NCBI GenBank assembly: GCA_049802235.1
Contig: JBARMB010000107.1
Coordinates: forward strand, 103,874-167,873
Source: Burkholderiales bacterium
Lineage (GTDB): Bacteria; Pseudomonadota; Gammaproteobacteria; Burkholderiales; SG8-39
DNA length: 64,000 nucleotides
Direction: 5' to 3'
Position numbers and translations under genes: made by a program. This document shows, piece after piece, positions 33,881-40,818 of the stretch. Position 1 is the stretch's first letter. The number at the start of each line of letters is the position of its first letter. The notes beneath the pieces were generated by a model, which saw nothing but the letters and a program-made list of their open reading frames with translations, did no database searches and had not been told where the DNA came from.

Positions 33881-34963
33881 TTACTTCCCGCTGCTCTTCA
33901 ACTGGGCCAGCGCGCCCACCGGATCGAGCGCGACCTTTTCTCCGCGCCGTACCCCCGCCAGCACCTCGACGCCGGCTTCCCCCGCGGGCTCGCCGAGGCG
34001 AAGCTGGCGGAAATGGATCTCGCCATTTTCATTGACGATGTAGGTGCCGGCGACCTCGCTGCGGTAGACCACCGCCCGTGCCGGAATGATGAGCTTCCCG
34101 GAGCGCGCGAGGCTGAATTGCGCGCGCGCGAACATGCCGGGATAGGCGTCCTTGACGTCTCCGGGAAGATCGAGCCGAACCTGGGTGGTGTGGGTACGCG
34201 CATCCGCCGCGGGCAGCACCGTGACCGATTTCGCCTTGATCCGCAGGTTCAGGCTCGGTAACTCGACGACTGCCGAGCCCGCGGCGCGAACTTCCGCAAG
34301 CTTTGCCTGCGGCACGTTCGCCACCACCCGAAGATGTCCCGGTTCGTAGAGGGTAAACAACGCAACGCCGGGTTGCGCCATGTCGCCCTGCTGCAGGTGG
34401 CGTGCCGCGATGACGCCGGAAAACGGCGCAGTGATGGTGGCGTGGCCCTTCGCCGTGATTGCCTGCCCGGCGCCCGCCCTGGCCGCTGCGACCTGCGCCC
34501 GCGCCGCGTCGTAATCGGCCTGCGCCTTGTCGAGCGCGGCCTGGCTGATGAATTTCTGCTCGACCAGCCTTCTGGCGCGCTCCACGCTCGCCGTGGCATT
34601 GGGGAAGTCCGCCTCCGCGCGCGCGACCTGTGCCTCGCTGGACGCAACGAGTTGTGCGGCCTCGCGCGCATCGATGCGCGCGAGCACTTGCCCCCGGACA
34701 ACCGCATCGCCGGCATCGGCCCGCGTCTCCACGATGCGGCCGGCGATTTGCGCGGCCACGGTCGCCTGATTCAGCGCTTCGACGACGCCTTCGGCCGGCC
34801 AGGTCTGGTCGACTTCCTGCATGCCGACGACGGCCGTATCCGGCGGCGCGGCAACGGCGGCGACAGCAAACAGCGCCAAGACCGCGAACAGCCGCGAAAC
34901 GCCGCGGCGGAGCACAACGGAATTCCCTGCGAGAAGTGTCGCGCTCCGGTGGTGCATCAGCAT
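33881..34963 (-). CDS. RND efflux periplasmic adaptor (membrane fusion protein)
   Basis: A signal/anchor (LFAVLALFAVAAVAA) is followed by coiled-coil and beta-barrel regions of the HlyD/MFP family. ATG 34963 is chosen. An alternative GTG at 35026 would overlap the HMA gene's stop. Confidence 0.8.
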   Translation of the reverse strand: MLMHHRSATLLAGNSVVLRRGVSRLFAVLALFAVAAVAAPPDTAVVGMQEVDQTWPAEGVVEALNQATVAAQIAGRIVETRADAGDAVVRGQVLARIDAREAAQLVASSEAQVARAEADFPNATASVERARRLVEQKFISQAALDKAQADYDAARAQVAAARAGAGQAITAKGHATITAPFSGVIAARHLQQGDMAQPGVALFTLYEPGHLRVVANVPQAKLAEVRAAGSAVVELPSLNLRIKAKSVTVLPAADARTHTTQVRLDLPGDVKDAYPGMFARAQFSLARSGKLIIPARAVVYRSEVAGTYIVNENGEIHFRQLRLGEPAGEAGVEVLAGVRRGEKVALDPVGALAQLKSSGK

Positions 34964-35015
34964 TTTCTGATATTCAAATCCAAGAAAATTCCACGCCGGT
35001 TTCGCAACGGCAGCT

Positions 35016-35288
35016 TCAGGAAACACGGCCGATGGCGCAGCTCACGAACGACTTTGCCTTGGCTGTCGCCGAGCCCAATCCGGATACCGCGCCGCGCTCG
35101 GGGTAGCCGAGCTCAAGCAGCCGCCGGACCACCGCGGGGCGCGCAGTTTCATTGCCGTCGACGCGAACCTCCCCGGCGTCGATGTCCACCACGACGCCCT
35201 CCACGCCGCAAATTGCGGCCAACGCCCTGTCGATGGTCCTCGCGCACCCGCCGCACCTGATGTTCTCCACCGCGATCGTCCATGTCAT
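35016..35288 (-). CDS. heavy-metal-associated (HMA) domain protein, CopZ-like with C-terminal extension
   Basis: ATG 35288. About 65 aa of ferredoxin-like HMA fold carry a CGGC (CxxC) motif at the usual position (VENIRCGGCARTI). A ~25-aa tail contains one more Cys. Confidence 0.7.
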   Translation of the reverse strand: MTWTIAVENIRCGGCARTIDRALAAICGVEGVVVDIDAGEVRVDGNETARPAVVRRLLELGYPERGAVSGLGSATAKAKSFVSCAIGRVS

Positions 35289-35363
35289 GCCTGCCGCTCC
35301 TCGTATTGGTTGGACCCCCGACGTCCCCATCGCTGGCCCACCATCAATCATACTTGTTGTTAT

Positions 35364-35384
35364 ATACTATAGGGGGTATAGTAT
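35364..35384. promoter_or_regulatory. G5-centred perfect palindrome: candidate CsoR/RcnR-family operator within back-to-back promoters
   Basis: ATACTATA-GGGGG-TATAGTAT sits between the divergent HMA operon and the repressor gene. Flanking elements are TTGTTG-N17-TATAGT on the plus strand, and a TTGACA -35 (35387..35392) on the minus strand with its -10 inside the palindrome. Confidence 0.55.
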
Positions 35385-35428
35385 TTTGTCAACGGGGCCG
35401 TTGGCCCCATCATCAGGAGACACAAGCC

Positions 35429-35707
35429 ATGGAGCGTCTCAACCGGGAGGAAGACAAGCGCGCGCTGATCCTGCGTCTCAAGCGCGTCGAGGGCCAGTTG
35501 CGCGGCTTGCAGCATTTGATCGAGAGCGAAGCCCCCTGCGAGTCGATCGCCCAGCAGCTCTCCGCCGCGCGGCGGGCGCTCGACAAGGCGTTTCACGTCA
35601 TGGTTGCCTGCATGGTCGACCAGCATGTCACCGGCCACGGCCGCGACAAGACATCGAGCCGGACCGCAGTCGAGCAGCTGACCGGCATCCTGTCGCGCTA
35701 TAGTTGA
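35429..35707 (+). CDS. CsoR/RcnR/FrmR-family (DUF156) metal- or thiol-sensing transcriptional repressor
   Basis: ATG 35429 is preceded by AGGAGA. The 92-aa protein has the RLKRVEGQLRGLQHLIE helix and a conserved Cys (APCESI), typical of the family. Confidence 0.8.
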   Translation: MERLNREEDKRALILRLKRVEGQLRGLQHLIESEAPCESIAQQLSAARRALDKAFHVMVACMVDQHVTGHGRDKTSSRTAVEQLTGILSRYS

Positions 35708-35809
35708 GGGGACCACCCGCGCCGGCAACGGCGCGCGCCGCCGGCGCTCTTGAGAATCCGGCGGGTCGCAGCCATACTCATCGATGCAATCCGGCAAACG
35801 ACTCACACC

Positions 35810-36742
35810 GTGAAATTCAAGGACTATTACGCGACTCTCGGCATCGAGCGCAGCGCCTCGGATGGAGACATCAAGAAGGCGTATCGGCGGCTCGCGCGCA
35901 AATACCATCCCGACGTCTCCAAGGAAGCGAACGCCGAGGAAAAATTCAAGCAAGTGGCCGAAGCCTACGAAACGCTGAAGAATCCGGAGAAGCGCGCCGC
36001 CTACGACCAGCTCGGCCGCTATCAGACCGGGCAGGAGTTCCGGCCGCCGCCCGACTGGGAGGCGCGTTTTGGCCCCGGCGGCCTCGATGACGTTCTCGAC
36101 CTCGGCGACTTGTTCGCTCATTTCGGCGGCGGGCGCAGGGGACGAGGCGGTTTCGCCATGCCGGGGCAGGACTACGAAGTCACTGCCCGCATCAGCCTCG
36201 AGGATGCCTACCGCGGCACCGAGCTGGCGCTCAACCTCTCGGCCCCCGAAGCGGGTGCCGACGGCGGGATGCGGCGCGTGCCGCGCACGGTGCAGGTGCG
36301 GGTACCGAAGGGCGCGACCGACGGGCAGCGGCTGCGCGTTCCCGGCAAGGGGGGTCCCGGCGCCAACGGCGGGCAGGCGGGAGATCTGTATCTCAACATC
36401 GCACTCGATCCGCACCCGCTGTTTCGCGTCTCCGGCCACGATCTGTATCTCGAGCTGCCGGTGACGCCCTGGGAAACGGTGCTTGGCGCGCAGATCGAGG
36501 TGCCGACCATGGAGGGACGCATCGCCGTGACTATAAAGCCAGGCGCGAAGGCCGGGCAGAAGCTGCGCATCCCGGGTCGCGGACTGCCGCTGCCGCGGGG
36601 CGGCGCAGGCGACTTATATTGCGTGCTGTCGATCGTAATGCCCGCAGCGCCGAGCGAGCGTGAGAAAACGCTTTACCAGGAGCTGGCGGGAATCACGGAC
36701 TTCGACCCGCGCGCGCACCTGCGCCCAAGGAGCACCTCATGA
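35810..36742 (+). CDS. cbpA: curved-DNA-binding protein CbpA (DnaJ-like co-chaperone without zinc finger)
   Basis: The J-domain reads KDYYATLGI...KKAYRRLARKYHPD. A DnaJ C-terminal domain is present and there is no Cys-rich region. GTG 35810 is preferred because the family N-terminus is M-x-x-KDYY; an upstream TTG at 35750 is the alternative. Confidence 0.8.
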   Translation: MKFKDYYATLGIERSASDGDIKKAYRRLARKYHPDVSKEANAEEKFKQVAEAYETLKNPEKRAAYDQLGRYQTGQEFRPPPDWEARFGPGGLDDVLDLGDLFAHFGGGRRGRGGFAMPGQDYEVTARISLEDAYRGTELALNLSAPEAGADGGMRRVPRTVQVRVPKGATDGQRLRVPGKGGPGANGGQAGDLYLNIALDPHPLFRVSGHDLYLELPVTPWETVLGAQIEVPTMEGRIAVTIKPGAKAGQKLRIPGRGLPLPRGGAGDLYCVLSIVMPAAPSEREKTLYQELAGITDFDPRAHLRPRSTS

Positions 36743-37053
36743 CCGGCGAGCCGATCCTGCAATTTCTCGACGACGTCACCGAGATCGCCTTCGATGAGTT
36801 GCTCGAAGCTTCGGGTCTCGCGCGCGAGGAACTGCTCGAGTTGGTCGAGTTTGGCGTGTTTCACCCGCGCGGTCCTGCCGGCGAAGCCTGGCGTTTTTCC
36901 GCCCGTGCGATTGTCCTGGGCCGCCAGGCAGCGCGGCTGCGCGACGACTTCGACCTGAATCCCTCCGGCATGGCCCTGGCGCTGACTTATATCGAGCAAA
37001 TCGAGGAACTCGAACGGCGGCTGCGCGAGCTGGAGTGCCTTCTCCTCCGCTAG
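36739..37053 (+). CDS. cbpM: chaperone modulatory protein CbpM
   Basis: 104-aa MerR-like small protein overlapping cbpA by 4 bp, the classical cbpAM arrangement. Confidence 0.7.
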   Translation: MTGEPILQFLDDVTEIAFDELLEASGLAREELLELVEFGVFHPRGPAGEAWRFSARAIVLGRQAARLRDDFDLNPSGMALALTYIEQIEELERRLRELECLLLR

Positions 37054-37114
37054 CTTCGCCGCGCCCGGCGCTGGCAAACTGTGAGCTCCCTGGGAGGAGC
37101 TGCGCCACCGCTAC

Positions 37115-37519
37115 TCAGAACGGCAGCGCCTCGCGATCGTTCAAAGCCACCCAGCCCCGCGCGATGCGATAAATCACCCACAACCCGGCGGCCACGAATA
37201 CCAGCCAGGCAAGCGGAATGCCGATCAGAGTAAGAATGAGGATCGCCCCGGTGATGCACCAGAGCAATCCGAACCAGAAGGTGCGAATCTGCCAGCGGAA
37301 GTGCGATTCCAGAAACGTGCCCCGCGCCTGGCTGCGCTTGGCATAGTTGAGGATCACGGCAATGATCGAGGGCCAGCCGAATACAAAGGCGCCGACAATG
37401 GTCACGACGCTGGTGATGCCGATCACGACTGAAAGCGAGTGCAGCCCGTAGATCACATGGGTAAGCCTGACCAGCGACGGATTCGCCGCTCCACCTGGCG
37501 GCGCGTTTTCCTCTGCCAC
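37115..37519 (-). CDS. small integral membrane protein (about four TM helices; possibly DUF4870-like)
   Basis: 134 aa with hydrophobic segments (VVIGITSVVTIVGAFVFGW, FWFGLLWCITGAILILTLIG, LAWLVFVAAGLWVIY). The family assignment is a guess. Confidence 0.5.
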   Translation of the reverse strand: MAEENAPPGGAANPSLVRLTHVIYGLHSLSVVIGITSVVTIVGAFVFGWPSIIAVILNYAKRSQARGTFLESHFRWQIRTFWFGLLWCITGAILILTLIGIPLAWLVFVAAGLWVIYRIARGWVALNDREALPF

Positions 37520-37552
37520 GATTTTCTCCCTGGTCGGCGGCCGAAGTCCGCC

Positions 37553-39097
37553 TTATAGCCCGAGTTCGCGCCACAGCGCATCGACGCGTTTCCTGACGCT
37601 CGTGTCCATCTCGATCGGCCGGCCCCAGTTGCGCGCGGTTTCCGCCGGCCATTTGTTGGTCGCGTCGATCCCCATCTTCGAGCCCAGCCCCGCGACCGGA
37701 CTGGCGAAATCGAGGTAGTCGATCGGTGTGTTCTCGACGATGACGGTGTCGCGCGCGGCATCCACGCGCGTGGTCAGAGCCCACACGACTTCCTTCCAGT
37801 CGCGGATATCGACGTCGTCGTCGGTAACGATGATGAACTTGGTGTACATGAACTGGCGCAGAAAGCTCCAGATGCCGAACATGACGCGCTTGGCATGGCC
37901 GGGATACTGTTTTTTAATGCTCACGATCGCAAGCCGGTAGGAGCAGCCTTCGGGCGGCAGATGAAAATCGGCGATCTCCGGGAACTGCTTCTGCAGGATC
38001 GGCACGAACACTTCGTTCAGCGCCGCGCCCAGCACCGCCGGCTCATCCGGCGGCTTGCCGGTGTAGGTCGAGTGATAGACCGGTTCGCGTCGCATCGTAA
38101 TGCGCTCGATCGTGAGCACCGGAAATCTGTCCTTCTCGTTGTAATAGCCGGTGTGATCTCCAAATGGCCCTTCCAGGGCCATTTCGTATTTCGCACGCCC
38201 GCCTTCGTTCGCACGCCCGCCTTCGGCGGCGGGCCCGTCCAGGGCCGTCTCACCCGGGTGAATGGCGCCCTCGAGCACGATTTCCGCCGTCGCCGGAACC
38301 CGCAGATCGGAGCCGATGCACTTCGCCAGCTCGGTGCGCGAGCCGCGCAGCAGGCCGGCGAACTGGTACTCCGAGAGCGCATCCGGGACCGGCGTCACCG
38401 CGCCGAGGATCGTCGCCGGGTCGGCGCCGAGCGCCACCGCCACCGGAAACGGCTCGCCGGGGCGCGCCTCGCAATGGTCGCGGAAGTCGAGCGCGCCGCC
38501 GCGGTGCGGCAGCCAACGCATGATGACCTTGTTCGGCGCGATCACCTGCTGGCGGTAGATGCCGAGGTTCTGCCGCGCCTTGCGCAGCCCGCGCGTCACC
38601 GTCAGGCCCCAGGTGATCAGGGGCCCCGCGTCCCCCGGCCAGCAGGTCTGCACCGGCAGGCGCGCGAGATCGACGTCCTTGCCCTCCCACACGACCTGCT
38701 GGCAGTCCGCGCCCGAAACTTCTTTCGGCGCCATCTGCAGCACCTTCCGACCGATCGGCAGCCAGCGCTCGATGGCATCGCGGAAACCCTTGGGCGGCTC
38801 GGGCTCCTTCAGGAACGCGAGCAGCTTGCCGATGTCGCGCAGCGCCGCGCGCGGGTCCGCATCGGCGGCCGCGCCCATGGCGAGCGCCACGCGTTTGATG
38901 GTGCCGAACAGGTTGCCGAGCACCGGAATGACGTGACCTCTGGGCCGCTCGAACAGCAGCGCCGGGCCGCCCGCTTTCAGCACGCGGTCGCAGATCTCGG
39001 TCATCTCCAGTTTCGGGTCGACCTTGACGCGGATGCGCTTCAGCTCGCCTGCGCGCTCGAGCTGCGCGAGAAAATCCCGCAGGTCGCGATATGCCAT
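37553..39097 (-). CDS. ubiD: UbiD-family 4-hydroxy-3-polyprenylbenzoate decarboxylase
   Basis: ATG 39097 ([22 protein letters not shown]...). The [11 protein letters not shown] motif is present. This is the 514-aa C-terminal part of a 671-aa run-on ORF. Confidence 0.9.
   Translation of the reverse strand: MAYRDLRDFLAQLERAGELKRIRVKVDPKLEMTEICDRVLKAGGPALLFERPRGHVIPVLGNLFGTIKRVALAMGAAADADPRAALRDIGKLLAFLKEPEPPKGFRDAIERWLPIGRKVLQMAPKEVSGADCQQVVWEGKDVDLARLPVQTCWPGDAGPLITWGLTVTRGLRKARQNLGIYRQQVIAPNKVIMRWLPHRGGALDFRDHCEARPGEPFPVAVALGADPATILGAVTPVPDALSEYQFAGLLRGSRTELAKCIGSDLRVPATAEIVLEGAIHPGETALDGPAAEGGRANEGGRAKYEMALEGPFGDHTGYYNEKDRFPVLTIERITMRREPVYHSTYTGKPPDEPAVLGAALNEVFVPILQKQFPEIADFHLPPEGCSYRLAIVSIKKQYPGHAKRVMFGIWSFLRQFMYTKFIIVTDDDVDIRDWKEVVWALTTRVDAARDTVIVENTPIDYLDFASPVAGLGSKMGIDATNKWPAETARNWGRPIEMDTSVRKRVDALWRELGL
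38190..38225. repeat. perfect 18-bp tandem duplication inside ubiD
   Basis: TTCGCACGCCCGCCTTCG occurs twice back to back (38190..38207 and 38208..38225). The duplication is in frame and encodes [12 protein letters not shown]. Confidence 0.9.
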
Positions 39098-39099
39098 GC

Positions 39100-39888
39100 T
39101 CAGACGACGGTCGCGGCGGCGCCGCCGTCCATGGGAATGACGGCGCCGGTGACGTAGCTCGCGCGCCCGGAAGCGAGAAACACGGCGACGGCGGCGACTT
39201 CCTCCGGCCGCGCGAAGCGGCCGAGCGGAATGTTTTTCTCCCCTCGCTGCCGCGCCTCTTCCTCGGAGATCCCGAGGCGTTTTGCTTCCACCTCGAAGCC
39301 GCTTTTGGCGCGCTCGGTGAGCGTGATGCCCGGATTGATGGCATTGACGCGGATGCCGGCGCGCCCGTAAGCGCTCGCGAGTCCGGCCGAAACCAGCATC
39401 AGCGCCGCGTTCGCGGAGCCTCCGGGGAGGTGGCTCGGGCTCGCGACCTTGCCACCCTGGCCGACGATGTTGACGATGACGCCGCGCCTCCTCGCCGCCA
39501 TTCCCGGCAGCACCGCCTGGATCGCATGCATGGTGGTGAAGTATTTGCTGTCCATCGCCGCGTGCCATGCCTGCACGTCGAGGTTCTCCGGCGCATAGCG
39601 CCGGGCCGCGCCGGCGGAGTTGATGAGCACGTCGATCGCGCCGAGGCGCCGCTCGACTTCGGCCGCCATTTCCGCGGCGGCCTCCGGATCGGTGAGATCG
39701 GCCGCGATGGCGGCGACTGCATGGCCCTTCGCCCCGAGCGCCCGTTCCGCTGCGGCGAGGTTGTCGCGGCTGCGCGAGTTTATCGCCACGCGCGCGCCCT
39801 CGGCGGCGAAGGCTTCGGCGCAGGCCAGCCCGATGCCCTTGCTGCCGCCGGTAACGAGCACCACCTGCCCGGTGAGATCCATATCCAT
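39100..39888 (-). CDS. short-chain dehydrogenase/reductase (SDR) fold protein lacking the canonical Ser-Tyr-Lys residues
   Basis: TGGSKGIG (cofactor site), INSAG and NAINPG motifs are present. At the positions expected for the catalytic S, Y and K, by-eye alignment gives G143, G156 and N160. Confidence 0.8.
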   Translation of the reverse strand: MDMDLTGQVVLVTGGSKGIGLACAEAFAAEGARVAINSRSRDNLAAAERALGAKGHAVAAIAADLTDPEAAAEMAAEVERRLGAIDVLINSAGAARRYAPENLDVQAWHAAMDSKYFTTMHAIQAVLPGMAARRRGVIVNIVGQGGKVASPSHLPGGSANAALMLVSAGLASAYGRAGIRVNAINPGITLTERAKSGFEVEAKRLGISEEEARQRGEKNIPLGRFARPEEVAAVAVFLASGRASYVTGAVIPMDGGAAATVV

Positions 39889-39898
39889 GAAAACCCTT

Positions 39899-40774
39899 TC
39901 AACCCCGCATTGCGAAATCGATGCAGATGCCGGCGAACACCGCCGCGCCCACCCAGTTGTTGTGATTGAACGCCTTGAAGCATGGCTCGCGCTCGCGGCC
40001 GCGGATCAGGCGCCAGTGATAGAGCATGATTCCGGCTGCCGCAGCCAGACCCGCATAGTAATACACGCCCAGCTTGTGCTGCAGCCCGATGCCGGCGAGC
40101 ACCGCGAGCATCGCGGCGTAACAGACCATCACCGCAGCCACGTCGTAGCGACCGAAGGTGATCGCCGCGGTCTTGATGCCGATGCGCACGTCGTCGTCGC
40201 GGTCGACCATCGCATACTCGGTATCGTAGGCAACGGCCCAGAAAATGTTCGCCAGCAGCAGCCACCCGCCTTCCGCCGGCACGCGATCGAGAATCGCGGC
40301 GTAGCCCATCGGGATACCGAAGCCGAAGGCGATGCCGAGATACGCCTGCGGAATGGCGAAAAAACGCTTGGTAAGCGGGTAGGTGGCGGCGAGCGCGAGC
40401 GCGACAAACGACAGCAGCACCGTGAGCCGGTTCAAAAACAGCACCAGCGCAAACGCGGCGAGCGCCAGCAGCGCGGCCAGCATGGCCGCCTCGCGGCGGC
40501 TCACGGCGCCGGTGGCGAGCGGGCGGTCGCTGGTGCGCTTGACCTTGGCGTCGTAGCGCCAGTCGGCAATGTCGTTCATGACGCACCCCGCCGAGCGCAT
40601 GAGCAGCGTGCCAAGCGCGAAGATCCACACCATCTTCCAGTCGGGCACGCCCCCGGCAGCGAGCCACAACGCCCACAGCGTCGGCCACAGCAGCAGCAGC
40701 GTGCCGATCGGCTTGTCGAGCCGCATCAGGCGCTCGTAGAGCGTCAGTCTGGCGGCGAGCGCGGCGATTTTCAT
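39899..40774 (-). CDS. ubiA: 4-hydroxybenzoate polyprenyltransferase
   Basis: 291-aa multi-TM protein with the Asp-rich motif NDIADWRYD and a second motif YAMVDRDDD. Confidence 0.9.
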   Translation of the reverse strand: MKIAALAARLTLYERLMRLDKPIGTLLLLWPTLWALWLAAGGVPDWKMVWIFALGTLLMRSAGCVMNDIADWRYDAKVKRTSDRPLATGAVSRREAAMLAALLALAAFALVLFLNRLTVLLSFVALALAATYPLTKRFFAIPQAYLGIAFGFGIPMGYAAILDRVPAEGGWLLLANIFWAVAYDTEYAMVDRDDDVRIGIKTAAITFGRYDVAAVMVCYAAMLAVLAGIGLQHKLGVYYYAGLAAAAGIMLYHWRLIRGREREPCFKAFNHNNWVGAAVFAGICIDFAMRG

Positions 40775-40818
40775 GGGCCCGCCATTCTAGCCTGCTCGGG
40801 CATCAGACCTTCCTGAAT

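Noticed and set aside
30636-34043. 1135-aa plus-strand ORF covering the whole RND/MFP region
   Set aside because: It is exactly antisense to a well-supported RND pump gene. Its translation is dominated by R/D/H/G/A runs with no recognisable domain or membrane segments. Long antisense ORFs are expected in GC-rich DNA because stop codons are rare.
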